The translations under genes and the position numbers were made by a program. The notes under the pieces are model-generated. The model was not told the DNA's origin. It searched no databases and saw only the letters and a program-made list of their open reading frames with translations. This document shows, piece after piece, positions 9,961-19,581 of a stretch of 64,000 nt of DNA (positions are counted from its first letter, which is position 1; the number at the start of each line of letters is the position of its first letter). Source of the DNA: Pseudomonas aeruginosa PAO1. GTDB taxonomy: Bacteria; Pseudomonadota; Gammaproteobacteria; Pseudomonadales; Pseudomonadaceae. The stretch lies in the NCBI RefSeq assembly GCF_000006765.1, contig NC_002516.2. The stretch is one strand, 5' to 3'.

Positions 9961-11787
9961 CTACTCGCTGTGCAGGACGGCATAAATCTGCTCGGCAAGC
10001 TTTTTACTGATACCGGGGGCTTTGGCCAGTTCATCGATACTCGCCCGCGACAATTCCTGCAACCCGCCGAAATGCTTGAGCAGGTCGCGCCGACGTTTCG
10101 GGCCGACGCCAGGGACGTCCTCCAGCGTCGACGTCCGCCGTGCCTTGCCGCGCCGCGCACGGTGGCCGGTGATGGCGAAACGGTGCGCTTCGTCACGTAT
10201 CTGCTGGATCAGGTGCAGCGCCGGCGAATCGGCCGGCAGGGTGAACTCGTGGGAGGCATCGTTCAGGTAGAGGGTTTCCAGCCCCGGCTTGCGGGTCACG
10301 CCCTTGGCCACGCCGAGCAGGATCAGACCGGCGACCGCCAGTTCCTGGAGCACCTCCTGAGCCATGGCCAATTGCCCCTTGCCGCCATCCACCAGGAGAA
10401 TGTCGGGCATCTTCCCCTCGCCGTCCTTCAGGCGACTGAAGCGGCGGGTCAGCGCCTGGTGCATCGCCGCGTAGTCGTCGCCGGCCGTGACGCCTTCGAT
10501 GTTGTAGCGGCGATAGTCCGACTTCAGCGGCCCTTCCGGGCCGAACACCACGCAGGAAGCCACGGTGGCCTCGCCGCTGGAGTGACTGATATCGAAGCAC
10601 TCCAGGCGTTGCGGCGGCTCCGCCAGGTCGAGCGCCTCGGCAAGGGCTTCGAAGCGTGCCGCCACATGCTGGCGGTTGGCCAGGCGTGCGCCCAGGGCCT
10701 GTTCGGCGTTGGTCACCGCCAGTTGCTGCCAGCGTGCGCGGGTACCACGCACCCGGTAGCTGATCTCCAGTTCGCGGCCTCGCGCTTCGGCGATCGCCGA
10801 AACCAGCACCGGGAAATCCTCGTGCGTCACGTTGACGATCAACTCCGCCGGCAGGTCGCGCTCCTGGTGGCTGAGATAGTACTGGCCAAGGAACGCCAGC
10901 AGCACTTCGCCCACCTCCTCCTCGATCGCGACCTGCGGGAAGAAGTTCTTGCTGCCCAGCACCCGCCCGCCGCGTACGCTGATCAGGTGTACGCAAGCGC
11001 CGCCAGGGGTGACGATGGCGGCGACGATGTCGACGTCGCCGTTGCCACCTTCCATGCTCTGCTGGTCCTGGACCCGCCGCAGGATCGCCACCTGGTCGCG
11101 CAACTCCGCCGCCTTCTCGAAGTCCAGGCGCATCGCCGCCTGCTCCATGCCGACGTTCAGCTCGTCGGCCAGCGCGTTGCTCCTTCCTTCGAGGAACATC
11201 ACCGAGTGGCGCACGTCCTCGGCGTACTCCTCAGGACTGACCAGCCCCACGCAGGGCCCCTTGCAGCGCTTGATCTGGTATTGCAGGCAGGGCCGCGTAC
11301 GGTTGCGGAAATAGCTGTCCTCGCACTGGCGGACGAGAAACGCCTTCTGCAGCAGGTTGAGGCTCTCGCGGATCGCTCCCGCGCTCGGATAGGGACCGAA
11401 GTAACGCCCCTTGCGCTTCTTCGCGCCGCGGTGCAGGGACAGCCGCGGATACTCATCCTCGCTGGAGAGGAACACGAAGGGATAGGACTTGTCGTCCCGC
11501 AGCAGGATGTTGTAGGGCGGCCGCCACTCCTTGATCAGCGTCTGCTCCAGCAGCAACGCCTCGGTTTCATTGGCGGTGATGGTGGTTTCCACCTGGGCGA
11601 TGCGCGCCACCAGCGCAGCGGTCTTCGGCGCCAGGCCGGACTTGCGGAAATAGCTGGCCAGGCGCTTCTTCAGGCTCTTCGCCTTGCCCACGTAGAGAAG
11701 CTTGGCCTCCGCATCGAACATGCGGTAGACGCCCGGACGATTGCTACAGGTAGCGAGGAAGGCGCTCGCGTCGAAAACGGCGCTCAT
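9961..11787 (-). CDS. uvrC: Excinuclease ABC subunit C
   Basis: [40 protein letters not shown]-terminal HhH. Confidence 0.98.
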   Translation of the reverse strand: MSAVFDASAFLATCSNRPGVYRMFDAEAKLLYVGKAKSLKKRLASYFRKSGLAPKTAALVARIAQVETTITANETEALLLEQTLIKEWRPPYNILLRDDKSYPFVFLSSEDEYPRLSLHRGAKKRKGRYFGPYPSAGAIRESLNLLQKAFLVRQCEDSYFRNRTRPCLQYQIKRCKGPCVGLVSPEEYAEDVRHSVMFLEGRSNALADELNVGMEQAAMRLDFEKAAELRDQVAILRRVQDQQSMEGGNGDVDIVAAIVTPGGACVHLISVRGGRVLGSKNFFPQVAIEEEVGEVLLAFLGQYYLSHQERDLPAELIVNVTHEDFPVLVSAIAEARGRELEISYRVRGTRARWQQLAVTNAEQALGARLANRQHVAARFEALAEALDLAEPPQRLECFDISHSSGEATVASCVVFGPEGPLKSDYRRYNIEGVTAGDDYAAMHQALTRRFSRLKDGEGKMPDILLVDGGKGQLAMAQEVLQELAVAGLILLGVAKGVTRKPGLETLYLNDASHEFTLPADSPALHLIQQIRDEAHRFAITGHRARRGKARRTSTLEDVPGVGPKRRRDLLKHFGGLQELSRASIDELAKAPGISKKLAEQIYAVLHSE

Positions 11788-12432
11788 CTAGCTGGCGGCA
11801 TCGACCATGCCGTGGCGGACGGCGAGCAGCGCCAGTTCCACGTCGCTGGTGATCGAGAGCTTCTCGAAGATGCGGTAGCGATAGGTATTCACGGTCTTCG
11901 GCGACAGGCACAGCTTGTCGGAGATGCTCTGCACCTTGTGGCAGTTGGCGATCATCAGGGCGATCTGGATCTCGCGCTCGGACAGCGAATCGAAGGGGGA
12001 ATCGTGCTGCTGCGGCTGGAAGGACTTCAGCGCCAGTTGCTGGGCGATCTGCGGGCTGATATAGCGCTGGCCGGCGAAGACCTGGCGAATCGCCTGGACC
12101 ATTTCCTCCAGCCCCGCGCCCTTGGTCATGTAGCCGGCGGCGCCGGCCTGCATGAGGCGGGTGGGGAACGGATCCTCTTCGCAGACGGTGACTACCACGA
12201 CCTTGATGTCGGGCTGGCTGCGCAGCAGCTTGCGGGTCGCCTCCAGGCCGCCGATACCGGGCATCTTCACGTCCATCAGGACGACATCCGGCTTCAGTTC
12301 GCGGGCCAGTTTCAGACAGTCTTCACCGCAGTCGGCCTGGCCGACCACTTGCAAGCCTTCGATGTCGGCCAGCATGCGGGTAATACCGGTGCGTACCAGA
12401 TCGTGGTCGTCGACCACCAGCACCTTAATCAC
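11788..12432 (-). CDS. gacA: Response regulator GacA (UvrY ortholog)
   Basis: Receiver DVVLMDVKMPGIGG plus LuxR HTH LSPKTVNTYRYRIFEKL; abuts uvrC. Confidence 0.98.
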   Translation of the reverse strand: MIKVLVVDDHDLVRTGITRMLADIEGLQVVGQADCGEDCLKLARELKPDVVLMDVKMPGIGGLEATRKLLRSQPDIKVVVVTVCEEDPFPTRLMQAGAAGYMTKGAGLEEMVQAIRQVFAGQRYISPQIAQQLALKSFQPQQHDSPFDSLSEREIQIALMIANCHKVQSISDKLCLSPKTVNTYRYRIFEKLSITSDVELALLAVRHGMVDAAS

Positions 12433-12772
12433 GCTGCACCTCGTCGCGCATTAGCAGACAACCGCCCACACGGGCCCCCAGGAGATTTCGGCAACCTTAA
12501 CAGAAAGCCATCCCATGACCTAGCTTGGCGCAAAGGCGTCATAAATCAAGCGTCATGGAAACATCATTCGACGGCATCGAACGGGCGCTGCTAAGTATAC
12601 CGCCAGCCCCCGGCGAGCGGCAGACCGGATCGCAGCAAAAACCGGCGAACCTGTGGAGAGCCCAGCGACGCCGGGCCTGGTAAAGCGCAAGCACCCTGGT
12701 TGCCCGGGACTTCTCCATAGCGACCATCGCCGAAGTCGAAACAGGCGACCAAGACGCCACTGGCACCGGCGG

Positions 12773-13921
12773 CTACTGTGCGGCCATCTCACCGACACCG
12801 GTGAAAAGACGCTGGTGGAGGCGCCTGCGACTGGCATTCGGCACCAGGCGAACGAGGGTATTCCTCAGCCAGACGCTCCAGGGCGATTCCCACTGACCAA
12901 GGCGGCCGACGATCCAGGATTGCTTCCTGATGAACTCGATCCGCGCCTCGCGTTGCTGCTGGAACAGGATCAGCGTCTCGGCGCGCGGCGCCAGGCACCA
13001 CAGGCGCGCCAGCAGGAAGGCGTCCTCCAGGGCCATGGCCGCGCCCTGCCCCAGGTTCGGCGTCATGGCGTGTGCGGCGTCACCGATCAGCACTACCCGT
13101 CCGCGGCACCAGGAGGCGCCGGCCAACTCCTCGAGGTCGTTGTGCACCAGCGTGGTGGCGCTCGGTATGAGCCGGGCGATGCTCGCGCCGATGCCGTCGA
13201 AGTCCGCGTAGTGGGCGGCCAGCCGTTGCGGGGTTACGAAGCCCTCCTCGTCCTCGGGCTCCTCCCGGCGCACCTTCAGGGTCGCGTAGACATACATCTC
13301 GCGCGGGCTGATCTGGATGAAGCCGAGGCGCTTGCCGTGCCCCCAGACCTCTCCCGCCAGCTCGGCGTCCTCCAGCCGATGGGGAACGACCAGGCGCCAG
13401 CAGGTTTCGCCGGAATGACGCAAGGTCGCCTCCGGCCAGACATAACGTCGCACGCTCGAACGAATGCCATCCGCACCGACCACCAGCGAACAGTCGTGGA
13501 CAGTGCCGTCGCTCAGGGTCACGCGTTCGTGGTCGAGTCCGTCGAGGATCTGCACGATGGAGACCCCGACCCGAATGCGCGACTCATCCAGCCCCTCCAG
13601 TAGCGCCGCATGCAGTTCGTGGCGCTGCAACGCCAGGCCGCCGCGGGAATTCCCACCCAGACTGGAAGGCATCGACATCAGCATCGAACCGTCGTGGGCG
13701 TATACGTTGATGCCGGCCAACGGCATGCCACGGCGGAACAGCCGGTCGAGATCCAGGGTGCTGGACAACGCCGTCAACGCATTGCTCGCCAGGGTGATGC
13801 CGGTACCGATGGGCCTGATCTCGCTGGCCCGCTCGACCAGCAGCCAGTCGATGCCTGCCTTGGTGAATTCGCGCGCCAGCGCCAGGCCGGCGATCCCGGC
13901 CCCCTGGATAAGAACGGTCAT
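12773..13921 (-). CDS. pqsH: FAD-dependent monooxygenase converting HHQ to PQS
   Basis: MTVLIQGAGIAG (GxGxxG), VGADGIRS, LIGDAAHAMTPNLGQGAAMALED; 382 aa; position next to gacA. Confidence 0.92.
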   Translation of the reverse strand: MTVLIQGAGIAGLALAREFTKAGIDWLLVERASEIRPIGTGITLASNALTALSSTLDLDRLFRRGMPLAGINVYAHDGSMLMSMPSSLGGNSRGGLALQRHELHAALLEGLDESRIRVGVSIVQILDGLDHERVTLSDGTVHDCSLVVGADGIRSSVRRYVWPEATLRHSGETCWRLVVPHRLEDAELAGEVWGHGKRLGFIQISPREMYVYATLKVRREEPEDEEGFVTPQRLAAHYADFDGIGASIARLIPSATTLVHNDLEELAGASWCRGRVVLIGDAAHAMTPNLGQGAAMALEDAFLLARLWCLAPRAETLILFQQQREARIEFIRKQSWIVGRLGQWESPWSVWLRNTLVRLVPNASRRRLHQRLFTGVGEMAAQ

Positions 13922-14026
13922 CCGTTGCTCCTTAGCAGCGGCATCCGTCGCGACTTCGCGCGGTCGCGACAGGCCTGCCCGAGACGATGAAAATGTCCAT
14001 CCTAGCCGCCCCGGACAGCCCACCGA

Positions 14027-14046
14027 CCCTATCAGAAGATCGAGTT
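14027..14046 (-). promoter_or_regulatory. Putative las/rhl box upstream of pqsH
   Basis: Minus strand AACTCGATCTTCTGATAGGG fits NNCT-N12-AGNN; -10-like TAGGAT at 13999-14004 gives class II spacing. Confidence 0.55.
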
Positions 14047-14538
14047 GACCCTGCTCGCCGACACCTCGCCGCTCGCTTTTCCTGTCCTCCAGGCCACCGG
14101 GAGTCCGGCGCGCCGGGAAGGCAAGCGTGGCCCGGGCACGGCACGCGTGGCCGGAAATCCCCGCTAGCCGCCGCCCGCCGCGGCGCTACGGTTTTCCTTG
14201 GCCAGCGGCCTCCCGAGCGCCGGCAAGCGGCGATGGCGCCTGAAGCTCAGGGCGACCGGCCCGCGCCACCACCGCCCACGACGATCATCCAGGCGCAGCC
14301 ACCCCGGCGAGAGTGGCCGGGACGGCAGTGCTCAGCCGGGCCACGGCAAGCATGCACGACCGATCGGCACGGCGTCGCGGAGGCGCGGCTATACGCAGAC
14401 CCCGCTCCTGTCAACCCCTTACGCAAGGTAGTGATTGCCGGAAGCCCAGCGTACGAAAATCAACCGAAACGACATCCGCATGGAATAACGAAGCCCTGAC
14501 GCCTTCAGGGCGATAGCATCGCGTGCAAGAGGTAACCG

Positions 14539-15567
14539 ATGAGCCCGTCCGAAAACATCCAGTACGATTTCGAGTGGCGACCACTCAACAACTACCTCGC
14601 CGTGCAACGCATCACGCCTCCGGACATGCGTCAGGGTTCGGCTGCCGAGCCGCGCCTGCCCAGCGAAGCGCTCTACGAGTGGATCGTGCTGAACGGACGC
14701 TCCCCCCTGGAAGGCCTGAGCCTGGGGGAGCACTACCGCCTTTCCGACTACGGCGTCGCCGGGCTGGCATTGCAGAGTGCCGGCACCGTGGGCGAAGCCT
14801 TGCAACTGATCAAGACCAACATGCTGCTGTTCCGCAAGGATATCCGCGGGATCGCGGTGCGACGTTCCAGTTGCGACACCGTGGATGTGGATATCGACCT
14901 GCAGGACAAGCCGGACTGGCCGCAGTCGGCCCGGCTGTATCACGCCAACGTCCTGGCGTCGGCCGCCTACGCGGTGTTCCGCGACCTGCTGCTGGGCGAG
15001 CTGGAACTGGTCCGCCTGCGCCTCCCGGAAAGGAACGGCGACGTGCGGGCATACGAGGAGTATTTCCGGGTGCCGGTGTATTTCGCCGGCGCAGGCATCA
15101 CCTTCACCCTCCCCGAGGAATTGCTCGAGGCCGAGATCGCCACTGCCAACTCCGCCGTGTTCCAGGCCTCGCTGGCGCTCGGCAGCAAGGCCTTCAACAC
15201 CCGCGTCACCCGCGAGATGGGCGGCTACCGCCAACGCATCGTGGCACTGCTGGAGGTGCTACAGGACCGCTACCCGAGCATCGCCTGGGTCGCCCGGCAG
15301 TTGAAGGTCACCGAGCGGACGCTGCGCCGACGGCTCGCCGACGAGGGCACCAACTACCGGGAAGTGCTCGACCTGGTCCGCCACGACAGGGCGCGCCAAC
15401 TGCTGCGGGACGAGCGACTGCGCATCGAGGAAGTCGCCGAGAGGCTGGGCTACATGGATACCTCCAGTTTTCGCCACGCCTTCCGTCGCTGGACGGGACA
15501 GTGCGCCAACGACTATCGCCAGGCCCGCCTCGCCGGCAAGACCGCGCGGCGCCAGGGCGAACGCTAG
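14539..15567 (+). CDS. cdpR: AraC-family regulator with Arabinose_bd_2-type N-domain (PA2588)
   Basis: TERTLRRRLADEGTNYREVLD...VAERLGYMDTSSFRHAFRRWTG; divergent from pqsH. Confidence 0.85.
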   Translation: MSPSENIQYDFEWRPLNNYLAVQRITPPDMRQGSAAEPRLPSEALYEWIVLNGRSPLEGLSLGEHYRLSDYGVAGLALQSAGTVGEALQLIKTNMLLFRKDIRGIAVRRSSCDTVDVDIDLQDKPDWPQSARLYHANVLASAAYAVFRDLLLGELELVRLRLPERNGDVRAYEEYFRVPVYFAGAGITFTLPEELLEAEIATANSAVFQASLALGSKAFNTRVTREMGGYRQRIVALLEVLQDRYPSIAWVARQLKVTERTLRRRLADEGTNYREVLDLVRHDRARQLLRDERLRIEEVAERLGYMDTSSFRHAFRRWTGQCANDYRQARLAGKTARRQGER

Positions 15568-15582
15568 CCGGCATGATTCCCT

Positions 15583-16797
15583 TCAGGGCAATTTCTGCGG
15601 ATAGGGGCGAAAGGCGAACAGGCTGCACGCAGCCAGGGAAAAAGCCGCGAGCAGCACCCATTCGGCCGTCCCGTAGCCTTCGGCGCGGTCGTACAGCCAG
15701 CCCAGCAGGTAAGCGCCGAGACTGATCGACAGGGCGAAGGTGAACGGCTGGATCGAACCGTAGATCACACCGAAGCTGCGCAGGCCGAAGTAGCGCATCA
15801 ACAGGTACTTGGTGGTGCCGCTTTCCCCTCCTCCACCCAGGCCGACCAGGAACACCGCCAGCCATAGACCGCTCGGTGTGTCGCCCACCAGGAACCAGGC
15901 CATGCCGAGCACCGCCGCCAGGGCGAAGGGCAACGCCACCCGAGGCGTCGCCACGCGGTCGAGAAGCCAGCCCATCAGCGGCTGCGACAGCATCATGCCG
16001 ACCCACAACGCCGACAGCGCGGTGCCCGCCTCGCCCCGGGACAAACCGCGCTCCACCAGCATCGGCACGCCATGGGTCATGATCCCGGACATCACGAACA
16101 CCGCCAGTACCTGGTTGCCCAGCACCAGCCAGAAACTGGCGCTGCGCCAGGCCTGGGGCGCCGTCGATCCGCTCAGCGCGGTTTCCGCTACGGCCGTGCC
16201 GGCGGCCACGCCAGCATCCGGCGCTGGCTCGCGGAACAGCCAGGCCAGCAGCGGCAGCGCCAGGCCCAGTTCGAGCACGCCGTAGACCAGGAAAGCGCCG
16301 CGCCAGCCCCACGCTTCGAGGCTCTGGTGGCCGACCAGCAGGCCCAGCGGCCCGCCCACCCCGAAGCCCAGGCCTAGCAGGCCGTAGGCCACGCCCAGGC
16401 GTTGGCGGAACCAGAGTCCGAGGATACGTCCGTAAGGCAGGTTGCCTGGCGCCAGCAGGCCGATCAGCAGGAACAGCGCGTAGAGTTGCCAGACGGCATT
16501 CACCGCCGCCAGGCCGAGCAGCGGCAGCGACAGGGCGGCGGTCAGCCCGAGCATTGTCCGCCGCGCGCCCCAACGGTCGATCAGCCAGCCCTTGAGCGGG
16601 CTGGTGATGGCGACCGCCAGTCCGAACAGCGTCACCAGCAACGACACCTCGGCGCGGTCCCAGGCGTACTCGGCGCTCATCGGTGCGATGAACAGACTGA
16701 AGGTGTTCAGCAGGATGCCGGTGGGCCCGAGCATGATCGCCACCACCGACGCCAGCAGCACACCGCCGCTGGTCGCGGAAAATTCTCGTTGCGCCAC
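15583..16797 (-). CDS. MFS transporter (PA2589-like)
   Basis: ~12 hydrophobic segments, motif A GWLIDRWGARR; GTG start 16797 with AGAGGG RBS. Confidence 0.88.
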   Translation of the reverse strand: MAQREFSATSGGVLLASVVAIMLGPTGILLNTFSLFIAPMSAEYAWDRAEVSLLVTLFGLAVAITSPLKGWLIDRWGARRTMLGLTAALSLPLLGLAAVNAVWQLYALFLLIGLLAPGNLPYGRILGLWFRQRLGVAYGLLGLGFGVGGPLGLLVGHQSLEAWGWRGAFLVYGVLELGLALPLLAWLFREPAPDAGVAAGTAVAETALSGSTAPQAWRSASFWLVLGNQVLAVFVMSGIMTHGVPMLVERGLSRGEAGTALSALWVGMMLSQPLMGWLLDRVATPRVALPFALAAVLGMAWFLVGDTPSGLWLAVFLVGLGGGGESGTTKYLLMRYFGLRSFGVIYGSIQPFTFALSISLGAYLLGWLYDRAEGYGTAEWVLLAAFSLAACSLFAFRPYPQKLP

Positions 16798-16807
16798 GCC
16801 TGGCCCT

Positions 16808-19462
16808 CTAGAAGCGGTATGCCGCGCGTAGGTAGTAGAAGGCGCCGTTGAAGCCGATCTGCGAGGCATAGGTGTCGTAGCGCAGCACGTCGCCATAGGT
16901 GGTGTTCTGCGCGGGCAGCTTGTCCGGACGGACGTCGAACAGGTTGTCGGCGCCGGCGGTCAGCGTCAGGTCGGCGCTGAGCCGGTAGCGCGCGGCGATG
17001 TCGGTGATGTACTTCGGGTCGTTGACGAAATGGTTGAATTTCTCCGTCGACCAGGCGTCCGGCCCTACCGTGTAGTCGAGTTCCGAGCTGGTCCGGCCGT
17101 AGCGCGTCAGGCGCAGGCTGACCTCCCAGTCCTGGCGGCTCCAGGTGCCGCCGAGGGAAACCTGGCTGCGCGGGGTGGAGCTGGTGATCCAGGCGACCTG
17201 CTGGGCATTGAGCAGCGGCTCGCCGTTGGCGCCTCGATGGTTCTTGCGCAAGGTGGTGCGGTTGAAGTTGGCCGACAGTTCCCAGTCGACCTGCCCGTAC
17301 TCGCCAAGCGCGACGAGGTAGTGACCGGTGATGTCGACACCGCGGGTGCGGGTGTCGGCACCGTTGGCCAGGTAATGGGTACTGACCGTACTGGCACTGG
17401 CCGGCAACGAGATCCCCGCCGCGGCCAGGGCATCGATGGCTTCCTGGCCGGAATAGGTGGCGCTGTCGACGATGCGGTCGCGGATGCTGATCTGGTAGGC
17501 GTCGATGTTCAGCCCGACGTTTTCCCACGGGCTGAGTACCAGGCCAAGGTTGAAGCTGGTCGACTTCTCCGGTTGCAGTTCGTCGGCGCCGAGCATCTTC
17601 GCCGCCGGCGAGTTGGCCGCCAGCAGGCCAAGGGCGATGGTCGGGCCGACGCTGAGGCCGGTGTAGTGCTCCTGGACCAGGGACGGCGCGCGGAACCCGC
17701 TGCTTACGCTGGCGCGCAGCGCCACCCGCGGATCGAACTGGTAACGGGTGGCGAACTTGCCGTTGGTGGTGCTGCCGAAGTCGCTGAATTTCTCGTGGCG
17801 CACCGCCACGTCGACCTCCCAGGCTGGGGTCAGGGAGGTACCCAGGTCCAGGTAGGACGCCCAGGCGTGCCGCGACCATTGCCCCTCGCTGAGCGGCGAG
17901 AGGCCAGCCAGGGATTCCGCCCCGCCGCTGTAGTAGGACGCCGGGTCGCCGGCGTCGATGCGGTAGCTTTCCCGCCGGTATTCCGCACCCAGCGACAACG
18001 CCAGCGGAGCAGCGAGGAAATCCAGTTCGAATTCCCGCCCCAGGTCCAGGTTGCTGGTCCATTGGCTGTTGCGGTAGCGCGCCAGGTCGAAGCTTCTCGG
18101 ACTGTTGCCGGTTTCACGGTAGATCGCCGCGTTCACCGACTGGGTCATGCCGATATCGGGACGGTCGGCGCCGTAGCCACTGCTCAGGTCCCAGTGCCAG
18201 GCATCCAGCAGACGCTCGCCGCGCACCCCGGCGAGGAACGCATAGTCGTCCTCGTCGCTGTTCGGGCGCGGCGTGAAGCCGTCCGGATACAGCGTCGGCG
18301 CCACCGAAGCCAGGCGATAGTTGGCCGCCGAGGAGGCCTTGCGCCGGGTATAGGTGCCGAAGCCGTACACCTCGATATCGTCGCCCAACCCGAAACCCGA
18401 GTTGAGCGCCAACGATTGCCGGTGGAACGCGGGATCGCCCATGGAAATATTGTCGCGCCGACCGGTGCGCTCATCGATGCCGCTGCGCATCGTGCGCTCC
18501 TGCTCGCGATATTCGGCGGTGAGGTTGACGAAGCCGCTATCGCCGAAGGCCAGCCCGATGTTCCCCCCGCCGCCATGGGTGAAGCCGTCGCCGTCGCCGG
18601 TCTGCCCGACGTCAGCGGCCGCCGACCCGCCGCTGTCGGCGGACTTGAGGATGACGTTGATCACCCCGGCGATGGCGTCCGAACCGTACTGCGCCGAGGC
18701 GCCGTCGCGCAGCACCTCGACCCGCTCGATGGCGTTGATCGGGATGGTGTCCAGATCGACCCCGGTGGAGCCCTTCTCCAGCCCCCCGCTGATATTGAGA
18801 TTGGCCGTTTCGTGGCGACGCTTGCCGTTCACCAGCACCAGCACATGGTTGGGGCTCAGCCCGCGCAGCGACTGCGTGTGGGTCAACGCCGAGGCGTTGA
18901 ACGGCTGGGCCTGGCGGGTCAGCGAGGGCAGCAGTTTGACCAGTGCATCGCGCAGGTCGACCGCGCCGCTGCTGCGTAGCTGGGTAGCGCTGACCACGTC
19001 GATCGGGCTCAGGCTGTCCTGCGCCCTCACATCGCTCTTGCGCGTGCCGGTGACCACCACGGTGGACAAGGTCGGTGCCACCGCCGCACCTCGCGTCTCC
19101 TGCACAGGCGCCTGTCCGCGGCGCAGGACGAAGGCACCGCTTTCGTCCTGCGCGTATGCCAGCCCGCTGCCGGCCAGGGCACGCCGCAAGGCGTCCTCGA
19201 CACTGAGCCGGCCGCGGATATCCGGTCCGCGCAACCCCGCCACCAGGCGCTGGTCGAAGGCGATCGGCACGTGTCCCTGGCGCACGATGTTCAACAACAC
19301 CTCGGCCAGTTCGCCGGGCGCTATGTCGAATACCCGGGGTGCCGTGGCCACGTCGCGCGGCCCACCGTCGGCGGCCTGCACCTCGCCCTGCAGCGCGCAG
19401 GCGAGCCCCACCGCACAGAGCACGGGGGTCAACGAACGAGAGGAAAGACGTACATCGGGCAT
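16808..19462 (-). CDS. TonB-dependent outer-membrane receptor with N-terminal STN signalling domain (PA2590-like)
   Basis: Signal peptide, STN-like FDIAPGELAEVL...GRLSVEDALRRALAGSGL, TonB box STVVVTG, plug IERVEVLRDGASAQYGSDAIAGVIN, C-terminal AAYRF. Confidence 0.92.
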   Translation of the reverse strand: MPDVRLSSRSLTPVLCAVGLACALQGEVQAADGGPRDVATAPRVFDIAPGELAEVLLNIVRQGHVPIAFDQRLVAGLRGPDIRGRLSVEDALRRALAGSGLAYAQDESGAFVLRRGQAPVQETRGAAVAPTLSTVVVTGTRKSDVRAQDSLSPIDVVSATQLRSSGAVDLRDALVKLLPSLTRQAQPFNASALTHTQSLRGLSPNHVLVLVNGKRRHETANLNISGGLEKGSTGVDLDTIPINAIERVEVLRDGASAQYGSDAIAGVINVILKSADSGGSAAADVGQTGDGDGFTHGGGGNIGLAFGDSGFVNLTAEYREQERTMRSGIDERTGRRDNISMGDPAFHRQSLALNSGFGLGDDIEVYGFGTYTRRKASSAANYRLASVAPTLYPDGFTPRPNSDEDDYAFLAGVRGERLLDAWHWDLSSGYGADRPDIGMTQSVNAAIYRETGNSPRSFDLARYRNSQWTSNLDLGREFELDFLAAPLALSLGAEYRRESYRIDAGDPASYYSGGAESLAGLSPLSEGQWSRHAWASYLDLGTSLTPAWEVDVAVRHEKFSDFGSTTNGKFATRYQFDPRVALRASVSSGFRAPSLVQEHYTGLSVGPTIALGLLAANSPAAKMLGADELQPEKSTSFNLGLVLSPWENVGLNIDAYQISIRDRIVDSATYSGQEAIDALAAAGISLPASASTVSTHYLANGADTRTRGVDITGHYLVALGEYGQVDWELSANFNRTTLRKNHRGANGEPLLNAQQVAWITSSTPRSQVSLGGTWSRQDWEVSLRLTRYGRTSSELDYTVGPDAWSTEKFNHFVNDPKYITDIAARYRLSADLTLTAGADNLFDVRPDKLPAQNTTYGDVLRYDTYASQIGFNGAFYYLRAAYRF

Positions 19463-19540
19463 GGTCGAATCGTCCTGGATGGAATTCGCCCATGAGTGCA
19501 ATCCGACGCCGGCTTTTTCAGCGTCGGGCAATATGAATTT

Positions 19541-19556
19541 CGCATAACCTTATGCG
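19541..19556. promoter_or_regulatory. Perfect dyad CGCATAA-CC-TTATGCG upstream of the TonB receptor operon
   Basis: 7-bp inverted repeat in the 120-bp gap between vqsR and the receptor gene. Confidence 0.45.
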
Positions 19557-19581
19557 CCCGGGTTCCTCCACAGGCGGCGCA

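Noticed and set aside
9970-12594. 874-aa ORF antisense to uvrC/gacA (likewise 17030-18979, 26334-28715, 39275-41107, 42934-45294, 49245-50867, 53152-55395)
   Set aside because: Shadow ORFs expected from GC-rich codon bias opposite real genes; no recognisable motifs
14388-14414. TTGACA-N15-TATAGC as a distal pqsH promoter
   Set aside because: Spacer is short and would imply a 460-nt leader; unsupported without TSS data
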